DNA from: Terriglobia bacterium
GTDB lineage: Bacteria; Acidobacteriota; Terriglobia; JAJPHL01; JAPKYU01
Direction: 5' to 3'
NCBI GenBank assembly: GCA_965206645.1
Contig: CBDBKE010000004.1
Coordinates: 640,001 to 704,000 of the forward strand
DNA length: 64,000 nucleotides
Positions within the stretch are counted from its first letter, which is position 1. Each line of letters opens with the position of its first letter. The position numbers and the translations under genes are program-made. Shown here piece after piece: positions 46,698 through 56,815 of the stretch. The notes beneath the pieces are model-generated. The model was not told the DNA's origin, searched no databases, and worked only from the letters and a program-made list of their open reading frames with translations.

Positions 46698-48938
46698 CTA
46701 TCGGTCGTTCCAGCGGAAACGGACTCCTACCAACACCAACCGCGGAGCGGCGAGGGTTTCGAGCGGGGTGCGGGCCACAGGATAGCGGCGGTCGAAAAGA
46801 TTGCTGGCGCGCAGAAACCACTCCAGGTGATTCCCCAACGGCTGCGTCCAGGCCAGATCCGCTTGGGCGAAACCGGCCAGCGGCAGCTGGTTGCGGTCGT
46901 CGTCGAACTGGACTCCAGAGAGCCGTGTTTGCAGGTGCAAGATTCCGCCGCGCCAGATTGGCAGCTGCAGGCCGAGAAACCCTTGGTGCCGCGCCACCTG
47001 TGGGAGCCGCAGCCCTTCCAGGCCGGGGTCCGGAGCGAAGCGGCGGACGCGTGCATCGTCGAAGAGGTAGCTGAGGCGAAACTGGGCCTTGCGACGAAAG
47101 CGCCATTCCCAGTCGGCTTCCAGGCCCCGGATGCGCGTTCGGCCCACGTTCTGACGCTGCCTCAGGATGAGCTGCTCTATGGAAAGGGTGACGTTGGAAA
47201 CCGGATCGCGCAACTCGGTCCAAAACCCAGTAAGGCGCAGCAAGCTTGTGCCGAGCTGCACATCCGTTCCTGCTTCGGCACCGTTGGCGCGCTCCGGCCG
47301 GAGGCTGGAGTTCGCTAGCGTCAACACGTTGCCCACGCGAAACTGCCGGTAGAGTTCGTTCAGGGTGGGTCCGCGAAAGCCCCGATAGCCCTGGGCGCGC
47401 AGTGCGACTCGCGAGAGAACCTGGTAGCGCAGGCCCAGTTGAGGATTCAATACGGTAGCCGAATTGACGCGGCCGGTGGCGCGGTCCGTGCTGGACCAGC
47501 GATCAGCCCGCACGCTGGCTACCACCTGCCAGGCCGGTGCGGGCGTGAAGACATCCTGTACAAATAACCCGCCCGTCCATTGTCGCCCCCCACGGATTGC
47601 TTGTCTCCCGAACGATTGCTCGTGGCTCGCCCCCTCCACCCAGCGCAGATCCCCGCCCGCCGTCAGATGATGGTGTGCGAGCGGCCGCGACCAGTCCGCC
47701 CGCGCCATCACGGAATTGGAGGGGACTCGCTGGCTGAGGGTCAACGTCTCCTGGTTGCGGTCACCGCTGAGGCGCGAAAAGGTGCTGCGGAAGGTTTCCC
47801 CTTGCGCGAAAAGTCCAGCGCGCCACGTGCTGCCCCCACTCGTATGCCACTGCGCGCCCAACGAACCGTAGCGGAGATCGGTGGAGTTGGCGCGCAGGCG
47901 CGTTCCGTTTTCGCGGTCTTCGGTAAGCACACCAGCGGAAGCGAACGCCCGACCGCCCCGCGGTAACTCCCGCTCCAGGCGCAACCGCGCGGTCAGGTAG
48001 GCCAGGGCGAAGGGCGCATCGGCCGCACCTCTGTCCCGGCGCCTCACGGCATAGTAGCCGTCGTTGCGAAAGGCCTCTCCGTCCAGCGAAACGCCCCAGC
48101 GCTGGTTCGCGCTGCGCGTGCTGGCAAACCAGGAGGTGTCGAGCAGGCCTGTACTACCGCCCGCCAGCGAGGCGCGCACTGTGCGCCGCTGCGGGCGCTC
48201 AGAAAGGATGCTGGCCACACCCGCCAAGGCCGCATTCCCATAGAGGCTGGAGGCGGCCCCACGCAGCACTTCTGCGCTAGCCAGCGCCTCGCGCGGAACG
48301 CGATTCCAGTACACCCAGCCACCAAACAGGTCGTTGGCCGGGAAGCCGTCCACCAGCACCAGCGAGCGGCTGGTTCCACTAGGTCCTACCCCGCGCAAGG
48401 AAAGACCCTGGGCGGTCGGGTGCGCGGCCAGGCTGCTGGTACGCCGAAACAGGGAGAAGCCGGGGATCGCGCGCAGCACTTCGTCGAGGGTGACGCCGGG
48501 GGAGTTGCGCAGCCGCTCCCCATCCAACACGGCCACACTGGATGGCACGCCGGCGGCTTGCCGTGGGTCCAGCGTGGCCGTCACTGTGACGCTTTCTCGC
48601 CGTCCAGCCACCGCCAGCACCAACTCCACGCGGACTTCCCTGCCCGGAGGCACCTGGACCCTGCGCTCCGCGGCGGCGACGCTGTCGTGCTCCACGGCCA
48701 CGCGATAGAGCCCAGGGGCGAGTCCGAGGACCTCAAACCGGCCGCGCGCGTCGGTGCTGGTTTCTACAGCGCGCTGCCCGGAGGCGTTCGAGAGCCCGAC
48801 CTTGGCCCCAACCACTTTGGCCCCAACCACCGGGGTGCCGTCGGGGAAAAGCACGCGGCCGACAATGGCGCCCGTGGGTTCCTCGGGCGTCATCATAGTC
48901 GTGCAGGCCATCGCCAGCCATAACGCAGCCACAATCAC
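46698..48938 (-). CDS. TonB-dependent receptor with N-terminal carboxypeptidase-regulatory-like domain
   Basis: TDARGRF..GLAPGLYRV, ESVTVTA TonB box, plug LVLVDG..EVLRGAASSLYG, FRGPTLNELY, NLFDRRY, terminal VGVRFRW. Confidence 0.92.
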   Translation of the reverse strand: MIVAALWLAMACTTMMTPEEPTGAIVGRVLFPDGTPVVGAKVVGAKVGLSNASGQRAVETSTDARGRFEVLGLAPGLYRVAVEHDSVAAAERRVQVPPGREVRVELVLAVAGRRESVTVTATLDPRQAAGVPSSVAVLDGERLRNSPGVTLDEVLRAIPGFSLFRRTSSLAAHPTAQGLSLRGVGPSGTSRSLVLVDGFPANDLFGGWVYWNRVPREALASAEVLRGAASSLYGNAALAGVASILSERPQRRTVRASLAGGSTGLLDTSWFASTRSANQRWGVSLDGEAFRNDGYYAVRRRDRGAADAPFALAYLTARLRLERELPRGGRAFASAGVLTEDRENGTRLRANSTDLRYGSLGAQWHTSGGSTWRAGLFAQGETFRSTFSRLSGDRNQETLTLSQRVPSNSVMARADWSRPLAHHHLTAGGDLRWVEGASHEQSFGRQAIRGGRQWTGGLFVQDVFTPAPAWQVVASVRADRWSSTDRATGRVNSATVLNPQLGLRYQVLSRVALRAQGYRGFRGPTLNELYRQFRVGNVLTLANSSLRPERANGAEAGTDVQLGTSLLRLTGFWTELRDPVSNVTLSIEQLILRQRQNVGRTRIRGLEADWEWRFRRKAQFRLSYLFDDARVRRFAPDPGLEGLRLPQVARHQGFLGLQLPIWRGGILHLQTRLSGVQFDDDRNQLPLAGFAQADLAWTQPLGNHLEWFLRASNLFDRRYPVARTPLETLAAPRLVLVGVRFRWNDR

Positions 48939-49130
48939 GCCGTTCTATCGTGGCACACGCGAACGGACACAGCAAGTCGCGCTTCCTAACTAGCAACGCG
49001 CTTCCCGGCTCGGACAAACAAGACCCCTGCCAAGGCCGACATGCCCGAATCCGGCAAGCCCAAATCGGACAAGCTAAAGATACCCGTGTCGGCAGGATGG
49101 TAGAATGCCTCCGACAGGAGCCCGCTGAAG

Positions 49131-50408
49131 ATGAACGTCCTGGTGCTGAATTGTGGCAGTTCGTCGGTGAAGTTCCAGGTGATCGAGACTAATAGCGACC
49201 GCATCGCCGCCCACACTGACCTGGTGCATCTGAGCGGCATGATCGAGAAAATCGGGACGGCGGAGGCTATCTTCACCCGCACTTTCGGCGAGCGCCCACC
49301 GAAGCGCAGCATGGAAGAGCTGCTGAATCATCATGCGGCCATCGGGCGCGTCGTCGGCCTGCTGGAACGGAGCCCAGAACCCAAGCCGGCAGAGGCCACC
49401 TCGGCGGCAGGCGCACCAGCTCAGGAGCGGCGCCGGCAAAACGTCACCGTCGAGGCCATCGGACACCGGGTGGTGCACGGGGGCGAGCACTTTACACAAT
49501 CCCACCTGATGGACGAGGAGGTGATCCGCGGCATTGAACGAGCGACTCCGCTTGCGCCCCTACACAATCCCCACAACCTGAAAGGCTACTCCGTCTGCCG
49601 CGACCTGTTCCCGGAACTGCCGCAGGTGGCCGTCTTTGACACCGCCTTTCACCACACCATGCCCCCACGTGCCTTTCTCTACGGGCTGCCCTACGACTAC
49701 TATCGGCGGCAGCGCATCCGGCGATACGGGTTTCACGGTACTTCGGTCCGCTACGTCTTGTCCCGCTACGGGCAACTGACGGGCGCGGCGCGCACGGTCT
49801 CCAACCTGATTGTCTGCCACCTGGGCAATGGCTGCTCGCTGACGGCGATCGAGAACGGCCAGTCGGTGGACACTTCGATGGGGTTCACTCCGCTGGAAGG
49901 CGTGATGATGGGCACGCGATCGGGTGACCTAGATCCGGCGATCCTGCTGCACCTGATGACCAAGGAGGAGCTGGCGCCGCACGAGGTAGCTACGCTGTTG
50001 AATCGCTGGAGCGGCCTCTATGGAATCAGCGGCAACTCCAACGACATGCGCACGGTGTTGAACTCGATGACCGCCGGGGATGAGCGCTCCAAGCTGGCCG
50101 TCGAGGTGTTCTGTTACCGCATCCGAAAGTACATCGGGGCATATTGGGCGGCGTTAGGACGCCTGGATGGACTGATCTTTACCGGAGGCATCGGACAGAA
50201 CGCCGCACTGGTTCGCCAGATGATTTGCGAGCGGCTGGATGTACTGGGCTGCCAGCTTGATGAAACCCGCAATTTGTCGCAGGCCGGGCGGGAAGGCCTG
50301 GTGTCACTGCCCAGTAGCCGCGTGGCCATCTGGGTCATCCCCACCGACGAAGAATTGCTCATTGCACGCGACACCTACCGGGTGGTTCAAGGACTGCCGT
50401 TCCCGTAA
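49131..50408 (+). CDS. ackA: Acetate kinase
   Basis: VLNCGSSSVKF, GHRVVHGG, APLHNP, FDTAFH, YGFHGTS, HLGNG, TSMGFTPLEG, FTGGIG, PTDEE. Confidence 0.97.
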   Translation: MNVLVLNCGSSSVKFQVIETNSDRIAAHTDLVHLSGMIEKIGTAEAIFTRTFGERPPKRSMEELLNHHAAIGRVVGLLERSPEPKPAEATSAAGAPAQERRRQNVTVEAIGHRVVHGGEHFTQSHLMDEEVIRGIERATPLAPLHNPHNLKGYSVCRDLFPELPQVAVFDTAFHHTMPPRAFLYGLPYDYYRRQRIRRYGFHGTSVRYVLSRYGQLTGAARTVSNLIVCHLGNGCSLTAIENGQSVDTSMGFTPLEGVMMGTRSGDLDPAILLHLMTKEELAPHEVATLLNRWSGLYGISGNSNDMRTVLNSMTAGDERSKLAVEVFCYRIRKYIGAYWAALGRLDGLIFTGGIGQNAALVRQMICERLDVLGCQLDETRNLSQAGREGLVSLPSSRVAIWVIPTDEELLIARDTYRVVQGLPFP

Positions 50409-50434
50409 CCTACAGGGACAGGCCACAAACAAGT

Positions 50435-51520
50435 ATGAAGGTCGCCATCATTGGAGCCGGGATCATCGGCCTGACGCTGGCGCGCGGATTGCGGCGGCGC
50501 GGCGCCGATGTGGTGCTGGTGGAGCGGCAGGAACCCGCCAGCGAAGCCACCTGGGCAGCCGCCGGCATGCTAGCACCTTCAGCGGAAGCCGCCACTCCCG
50601 GAGACTTCTTCGAGTTGTGCCTGGAGGCGGCGACGCGCTACCCGGAGTCCATTCGCGAACTGGAGCAGGAAACGGGCCTGACCACTGGCTATCGTGCCGC
50701 AGGCGCGATGTTCTTGTACTACTCCGATGAGATACGCCAGGAGGTGGAACGGCACTTCTCCTGGCAGCGCGAACGAGGCGTCCCCATCGTGCATCTGGAC
50801 GCGCAGGAAGTCCGCGTGCTGGAGCCAGAGGTGCGCGCGCCGGGCGGCTACCTGCTGCCGGGCGAAAGCCAGGTCGACAGCCGGCGCCTGGCCGCTGCGC
50901 TGGTCGAGGCCTGTCGCCGCCGGGGCGTTGATATCCGTCAAGGCACGGCAGTCGAGGTGGCTGAGGAAAACGGGCGTGCCGCCGGTGTCTTGTTGGCCGA
51001 CGGGTCGCGCCTGGCCGCCGACGCCGTGGTGAACGCAGCCGGCGCCTGGGCTTCGACCATTGCGGCCGCCGGAGCTGAGAGGGCATCCATCCGTCCGGTG
51101 AAGGGGCAGATGCTCGCCGTGGCTATCCGGGGCTGGTCGTTGACCCATGTCCTGCACACTGTGGAGGTGTACGTGGTGCCCAAGGACGATGGGCGCCTGT
51201 TCATCGGCAGCACAATGGAAGAAGCTGGCTTTGACAAGACCGTGGACCCCGCCGCGATTGCCCGGCTCCGCGCTGCCGCTGAGCGGCTGGTGCCACGGTT
51301 AACAGAATCGCCCACGCTTGAAACCTGGACCGGCCTGCGCCCAGCCTCCCCGGATGGGCGTCCCCGGATTGGGCCCACCGCCCTGCCCGGTTACTTCCTC
51401 GCCGCTGGACACTTCCGCAACGGAATCCTGCTGGGGCTGCTGACGGCACAATTGCTTGCTCCCGTCATCCTGGGAACGTCACCAGAGCCGCTGCTAGCCC
51501 CGTTCCTGCCTGAGCGCTGA
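50435..51520 (+). CDS. thiO: Glycine oxidase ThiO-like FAD oxidoreductase
   Basis: GAGIIG, ATWAAAGML, PVKGQ, GLRP, GHFRNGILL. Confidence 0.88.
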   Translation: MKVAIIGAGIIGLTLARGLRRRGADVVLVERQEPASEATWAAAGMLAPSAEAATPGDFFELCLEAATRYPESIRELEQETGLTTGYRAAGAMFLYYSDEIRQEVERHFSWQRERGVPIVHLDAQEVRVLEPEVRAPGGYLLPGESQVDSRRLAAALVEACRRRGVDIRQGTAVEVAEENGRAAGVLLADGSRLAADAVVNAAGAWASTIAAAGAERASIRPVKGQMLAVAIRGWSLTHVLHTVEVYVVPKDDGRLFIGSTMEEAGFDKTVDPAAIARLRAAAERLVPRLTESPTLETWTGLRPASPDGRPRIGPTALPGYFLAAGHFRNGILLGLLTAQLLAPVILGTSPEPLLAPFLPER

Positions 51521-51638
51521 TGCACTTGGCTCGTGCTGCCGGACGGGCTTGTGAAGCCACTCTGCGTGCGCGGCCCACAGGTTGCCGTCCGAGGGGTGGC
51601 AGCGGCCTGCCCCAGCCTGAGCCGGCATAGCTGCCAGT

Positions 51639-52109
51639 TTATTGGGTTGCAGTGGTCACAGGTAGCGGCTTGCCCGGCGCCAGTAACTGCTCCTTGCGGT
51701 AAATGAGAGAGGTGGTGTTGTAGCTGGCAATCTCGAAAGCGTGCCCGTGGGTGATGGCGTCGGTGGGGCAGGCTTCCACACAGTAACCGCAGAAGATGCA
51801 GCGGTTGTAATCAATGTTATAGACCGTGGCATGGCGCTCGCCGGCACTGATGCGTTGGGTTTCAGTGTTCTCGGCGGCCTCGATGTAGATGCAGTCGGAG
51901 GGACAGGCGGCGGCGCACAGGAAGCAGGCCACGCACTTTTCCAGCCCGTTCCCATCGCGCTGCAGCACGTGCACGCCGCGGAAGCGTGCTTCAAAGTGCG
52001 GCGGCTCGTCGGGATAATTCTCCGTTACGGCTGGCCGGAACAGGTGCTTGAAGGTCACCGCCATTCCCTTGGCCAGCGCTGACGCCGTCTTCCAAACTTC
52101 ACCAACCAT
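51639..52109 (-). CDS. nuoI: NADH-quinone oxidoreductase subunit I
   Basis: TENYP, RFRGVHVL, CVACFLCAAACP and CIFCGYCVEACP 2x[4Fe-4S] motifs. Confidence 0.95.
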   Translation of the reverse strand: MVGEVWKTASALAKGMAVTFKHLFRPAVTENYPDEPPHFEARFRGVHVLQRDGNGLEKCVACFLCAAACPSDCIYIEAAENTETQRISAGERHATVYNIDYNRCIFCGYCVEACPTDAITHGHAFEIASYNTTSLIYRKEQLLAPGKPLPVTTATQ

Positions 52110-52138
52110 ACGCGCCTACTATAACACGGAGCGTTGGC

Positions 52139-53185
52139 TCACGTGCGCTGCCCCGGCAGCCGAGACTCCAGTAGCTGAGAAATGTGGGCGGCGATCTGAC
52201 GGCCGTGGAAGCGACCGTTCTCAATGAAGATTTCGGCAGATTGCATGCCGGCGACTAGCACGCCAGCCAGGTAGACTCCGGCCACATTCGTCTGGTAGGT
52301 TTCCGGGTCACAGTCCGGGCGGCCGGAAATCGGGTCCAGGGTCACACCCACGTGGGCCAGAAGCTCCACGTCGGGGTGGTACCCGGTCATGGCCAGGACG
52401 AAATCATTCCTCAGCCGATCGCTACCGTTTCCCGATTGCACGCCAGATTGCGCCCCCGATTGCACGCCCGATTGGAGCAGGATGTATTCCGGCTGGATCT
52501 CTCTGACCGAGGTGTTGAACAGGGCTCGGATTTCTCCATTCTTGATGCGGTTCTCCAGATCCGGCTTGACCCAGTACTTCACCTTGTCGGAAACCGCCGG
52601 GCCGCGGTGGATCAATGTGACACGGGCGCCGTGCCGGTAGAGCTCCAGGGCGGTTTCGGCCGCCGAGTTCTTTCCGCCAATGACGGCGACGTCGCTGTCG
52701 TAGTAGGGGTGGGCTTCCCGGTAGTAGTGGGAGACCTTTTCCAGCTGCTCGCCGGGAATGCCCAGCAAATTCGGCTGGCCGTAGTTGCCGGCGGCCAGCA
52801 CCAGTTTGCGCGCGCGGTAGCAGCGATCCTGGCCGGCGCGGGTACGCGAGCGGACCGTGAAGTTGCCATCGGCGCCCTCCACCCGTTGTGCGACCTCGTA
52901 CTGCCGCACCCGCAGTCCGTAATGCTGGGCCACGCGCCGGTAGTACTTCAGGGTCTCGACCCGCGTGGGCTTGTCGCGCCCGGCGGTCATGGGGACGTCA
53001 CCGATCTCCAGCAATTCGACCGTGGTGAAGAACAGCATGTTGACCGGGTAGTTCACCAGGGACTGGACCAGGCAGCCCTTTTCCAGCACCACGTAGGAGA
53101 GGCCCCGGCGCTGGCATTCAATGGCGCAGGCTAGCCCGGTCGGGCCTCCCCCCACAATCAAAACGTCGAAAGTTTCCATAGACAC
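52139..53185 (-). CDS. ypdA: YpdA-family putative bacillithiol disulfide reductase
   Basis: GGGPTGLACA, EKGCLV.SL.NYP.NM.FFTT, KPTRVETLKYY, HYYREAHPY, GGKNSA, KYWVKPDLENR, FIENGRFHG. Confidence 0.88.
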   Translation of the reverse strand: MSMETFDVLIVGGGPTGLACAIECQRRGLSYVVLEKGCLVQSLVNYPVNMLFFTTVELLEIGDVPMTAGRDKPTRVETLKYYRRVAQHYGLRVRQYEVAQRVEGADGNFTVRSRTRAGQDRCYRARKLVLAAGNYGQPNLLGIPGEQLEKVSHYYREAHPYYDSDVAVIGGKNSAAETALELYRHGARVTLIHRGPAVSDKVKYWVKPDLENRIKNGEIRALFNTSVREIQPEYILLQSGVQSGAQSGVQSGNGSDRLRNDFVLAMTGYHPDVELLAHVGVTLDPISGRPDCDPETYQTNVAGVYLAGVLVAGMQSAEIFIENGRFHGRQIAAHISQLLESRLPGQRT

Positions 53186-53242
53186 GCGGGTACTTTCAGC
53201 GAAGCAGCAGGCGGGACGAACTTTGCGAGGCGAGGCCTCCGA

Positions 53243-54373
53243 TCACATGAATTGCAGGTTTCGCTCGAAGTCGGCCGGGCTGGTGGCGGCATGCTTGGCC
53301 ACGTCCATCGTGATGATTTCCGACCGGCAGAGATCCGTCAGGTGCTGGTCGAAGGTCTGCATGCCGTACATCTCGCGACCCTTCTCCATGAAGTCTTTCA
53401 TTGTGTCGGTCTTGGACGGGTCTTCGATACACTCCTGAATGGATTTGGTCTGGCGCATGATTTCGCAGGCCACCACCCGGCCGCTGTTATCGGCTTTGGG
53501 CAGCAGGCGCTGCGAAATGACGCCCTGCAAGACCTCAGCCAAGCGCAACCGCACCGTAGGCTGCTCGCCCGGATCAAAGACCGCAATCAGGCGCGAGACC
53601 GTCTTGGGCGCGTCGGTGGTGTGCACGGTGGAGAAGACCAGGTGGCCGGTCTCGGCCGCCTTCATGGCGATGTCAATGGTCACGGTGTCGCGCATCTCTC
53701 CCACCAGGATGATATCAGGGTCCTGGCGCAGGGCCGCGCGCAACGCCTTGGCGAAGATCTCGGTGTCGGAGCCCACCTCGCGCTGACTGATGTTGGCCTT
53801 GCTGTCGCGGTATATGAACTCGATGGGATCCTCGATGGTGATGATTTTAGCGCTCCTGTTATGGTTGATGTGATTGATCAGCGCGGCCAGCGTCGAGGAC
53901 TTGCCGCTGCCGGTCGTGCCGGTCAGCAATACCAGGCCGCGGTCCATCAAGGCGATCTTTTCCAGCACCTCCGGCAGGCCAAGCTTTGTGAAGTCCGGGA
54001 CGTTGAACGGGATGTGCCGCAGCACCAGGGAGAGCGATCCGCGCTGGCTGCAGATGTTGACGCGGAACCGGCCGACCTCCGCCAGGCTGTAGGAACAATC
54101 GAAGTCGGTGATTCCCTGGACGAATGAGGCCACGTTCTCACGAGTACACTTCCGCCCCGCTAGCAGAATGCCGGCGGCAATCGTGGCTACGTCTGCAGGA
54201 GTCAACGGGGTTGGGTCCGAGGGCGCTACCATCTCTCCCTTGAGGCGTATGCGAAATCCGCTCCCAACCACGACGTGAAGGTCGGAACCCCCCTTGCTGA
54301 CAGCCTCCCGTAAAACGTTATTGAAACGGTCAAACGAAGTAACAGGTCTTGCAGCAGTCGGGGTCGTTGCCAT
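53243..54373 (-). CDS. pilT: PilT/PilU type IV pilus retraction ATPase
   Basis: SDLH, RFRVN, GTTGSGKSST, TIEDPIE, ALRQDPDIILVGEMRD, AETGHLVFSTVHT, GMQTFDQ; start MATT at 54373 lies downstream of a promoter. Confidence 0.9.
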   Translation of the reverse strand: MATTPTAARPVTSFDRFNNVLREAVSKGGSDLHVVVGSGFRIRLKGEMVAPSDPTPLTPADVATIAAGILLAGRKCTRENVASFVQGITDFDCSYSLAEVGRFRVNICSQRGSLSLVLRHIPFNVPDFTKLGLPEVLEKIALMDRGLVLLTGTTGSGKSSTLAALINHINHNRSAKIITIEDPIEFIYRDSKANISQREVGSDTEIFAKALRAALRQDPDIILVGEMRDTVTIDIAMKAAETGHLVFSTVHTTDAPKTVSRLIAVFDPGEQPTVRLRLAEVLQGVISQRLLPKADNSGRVVACEIMRQTKSIQECIEDPSKTDTMKDFMEKGREMYGMQTFDQHLTDLCRSEIITMDVAKHAATSPADFERNLQFM

Positions 54374-54427
54374 AACAGCGTCTCCCTGTGGACACAGCGA
54401 TTCGAGCCCAGGACCGAGCGAGTATTT

Positions 54428-54456
54428 ATGGTAGCGAGCAAGCGAGGAACTGTCAA
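54428..54456 (-). promoter_or_regulatory. Sigma70-type promoter of pilT
   Basis: Minus strand TTGACA (54456-54451), 17 nt, TACCAT (54433-54428). Confidence 0.6.
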
Positions 54457-55037
54457 TGACTGTCGCCGCGAGCGAAGCTGGCGCCGGAAGTGAAGCCACT
54501 TCTGGTAATCTACAGGCCGTGGCCCGCTCGCGCAAACGAGCAGCCTTTGTCGGCGGCGTGCTCACGCTGCTGCTACTGTCGCTGGTCGCCCGCTACATTC
54601 TTTCTCCACGGCCCACATCGGGTGATCGGTTTTGCAGGAAGGTCATTGATGGCGACACGATTAAGCTGGATGACGGCGAACGGGTACGCCTGATTGGTGT
54701 GGACACCCCGGAGAAAAATGACAGGCGCCCGGAAATGCGCGACCTGGCCGCCGCGGCCACCGGTTTCACCCGGCGCCTCTGCGAGCGGCGCTCCGTGCGT
54801 CTGGAGTACGATTTCGAGCGCCAGGACCGTCACGGCCGCACCCTGGCCTACGTCTTCCTGAAGGACGGCACCTTCGTCAACGCCGAGATCGTGCAGCAGG
54901 GCTACGGCTTCGCCTATACCCGATTCCCCTTCCGTTACCTGGAGGAGTTCCGCACCTACGAGCGCGAGGCGCGAGCCGCCGGGCGGGGGCTGTGGGCTAG
55001 CCATCCGTCTCCCCTCAGCCGTCTCCGTTCCCGTTAG
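54456..55037 (+). CDS. Thermonuclease (SNase-like) with N-terminal membrane anchor
   Basis: VIDGDTI, VRLIGVDTPE, DRHGRTLAYV, EREARAAGRGLW. Confidence 0.93.
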   Translation: MTVAASEAGAGSEATSGNLQAVARSRKRAAFVGGVLTLLLLSLVARYILSPRPTSGDRFCRKVIDGDTIKLDDGERVRLIGVDTPEKNDRRPEMRDLAAAATGFTRRLCERRSVRLEYDFERQDRHGRTLAYVFLKDGTFVNAEIVQQGYGFAYTRFPFRYLEEFRTYEREARAAGRGLWASHPSPLSRLRSR

Positions 55038-55100
55038 GTCCGCCGTTGAGACCCCCCTGAGACTATGTTGAGCCCATAACGTTGAGCCTATAATGAAGCT

Positions 55101-56756
55101 GTGAAGCTGGCGCTGGGACAGATCAACACCACGGTCGGCGATTTAGCCGGCAACGTCCAGAAGATGGTGGACTTCGCGCGCCGGGCGCGCGCGGCCGGCG
55201 CCGAACTGATCATTTTTCCCGAGCTGGCCGTCTCCGGCTACCCGCCCCGGGACCTGGTAGAAAAGCCCTTGTTTCTTGAGCGCAACCAGCAGGAGCTGGA
55301 ACGCTTGGCGCGAGAGACAGCTCGCCTGCCGATCCAGGTCATCTGTGGCTTCGTCGGACGGGCCGAGCAGGAAACCGGCAAGGCGGCGACTAACAGCGCA
55401 GCGCTGCTGGCCGGCGGCCGGGTCGAGTTTCTCCAGCGTAAGATGTTGCTGCCCACCTACGATGTCTTCGACGAAGCGCGCCACTTTGCATCCGCCGAGC
55501 GCCAGTCCCTGTTCTCGCTGTGCGGACGGCAGACGGCCCTCACCATCTGCGAAGACATCTGGAACGACAAGACCTTTTGGGTCCGGCGCCGCTACGAGCG
55601 CGATCCGGTCGAGGAACTGGTGACGCAGGGCGCCAACCTGCTGATCAACATCTCCGCCTCCCCGTACTCCATGGGCAAGCGCCAGTTCCGCCACAGCATG
55701 CTCGAGGCTTTGGCGAAGCGTCACCACATGCCTGTGGTGCTGGTGAACCAGGTTGGGGGAAATGACAGCCTGGTGTTCGACGGCTCTAGCGCCGTCGTGG
55801 ACGCCGACGGCGTGACGCGCGCCCGCGCCCGCGCCTTCGAGGAAGACCTTTTACTCTACGACACAACCACCAACCGGGGTGAGGAGCGTCCGTCACTCGA
55901 GGACGAACACGAAGCCGTCTACCGCGCCCTGGTGCTGGGGACGCGCGATTACGTGCGCAAGTGCGGGTTCCGCAAGGCGCTGGTCGGCTTAAGTGGGGGC
56001 ATTGACTCTTCGCTCACCGTCTGCATCGCCGCCCAAGCCCTGGGTGCAGAGAACGTCACCGGCGTGGGGATGCCCGGCCCCTACTCTTCGCCAGCCAGCC
56101 TGGAGGATGCGTGGGCCCTGGCCAAGGCGCTGGGCATCGCGTTTCACACCGTGCCCATCGGCGATATCTGGCAGGCCTACCGGGACGCGCTGGCAGGCGC
56201 GTTTGCCGGCCTGCCCGAAGACGTCACCGAAGAGAACTTGCAGTCGCGGGCCCGCGGCAACGTGCTGATGGCGCTGTCCAACAAGTTCTCCGCGTTGGTG
56301 CTGAGCACGGGCAACAAGAGCGAGCTGGCGATGGGTTATGCCACCCTGTACGGAGATATGGCCGGCGGGTTAGCGGTGATCGCCGATATCCCCAAGACGA
56401 TGGTGTACGAGCTGGCGCGAGTGGCCAACCGCCCTGAGCACTTGGACGGCGCTGTCCCGGAGCGGGTCTTCGAAAAACCACCTTCCGCCGAACTCCGGCC
56501 CAATCAGAAAGACACTGATTCCCTGCCCCCCTACGAAGTTCTGGACGCCATTCTGAAGGGCTACATCGAGGAGTTCGAGTCGCCCGCCGAGATTGCCGCC
56601 AAGAACAGCGTGCCTCTGGAGCTGGTGCGCCAGGTCTGCCAGCGGGTGGACCGCAACGAATACAAGCGCCAGCAAGCCGCGCCCGGCCTGAAGGTTACGT
56701 CCAAGGCCTTCGGCATCGGTCGCCGCTTTCCCATCGCCCAGCGCTTCTTTGAGTAG
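55101..56756 (+). CDS. nadE: Glutamine-dependent NAD+ synthetase
   Basis: CN-hydrolase domain (FPEL..SGYPP, K.LLPTYDVFDE, ICEDIW), GLSGGIDS, NKSE, KPPSAELRPNQKD. Confidence 0.97.
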   Translation: MKLALGQINTTVGDLAGNVQKMVDFARRARAAGAELIIFPELAVSGYPPRDLVEKPLFLERNQQELERLARETARLPIQVICGFVGRAEQETGKAATNSAALLAGGRVEFLQRKMLLPTYDVFDEARHFASAERQSLFSLCGRQTALTICEDIWNDKTFWVRRRYERDPVEELVTQGANLLINISASPYSMGKRQFRHSMLEALAKRHHMPVVLVNQVGGNDSLVFDGSSAVVDADGVTRARARAFEEDLLLYDTTTNRGEERPSLEDEHEAVYRALVLGTRDYVRKCGFRKALVGLSGGIDSSLTVCIAAQALGAENVTGVGMPGPYSSPASLEDAWALAKALGIAFHTVPIGDIWQAYRDALAGAFAGLPEDVTEENLQSRARGNVLMALSNKFSALVLSTGNKSELAMGYATLYGDMAGGLAVIADIPKTMVYELARVANRPEHLDGAVPERVFEKPPSAELRPNQKDTDSLPPYEVLDAILKGYIEEFESPAEIAAKNSVPLELVRQVCQRVDRNEYKRQQAAPGLKVTSKAFGIGRRFPIAQRFFE

Positions 56757-56815
56757 AAGTCTTCGCCTCCCGCCTCCGAGACGTCGCAGGACACGACTAA
56801 AGATGAGAAGGCGTA

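Noticed and set aside
54374-54565. N-terminal extension of PilT (likewise 58475-58678 and 58597-58836)
   Set aside because: Overlaps promoter elements and the divergent gene; homology-like sequence begins at the downstream ATG.
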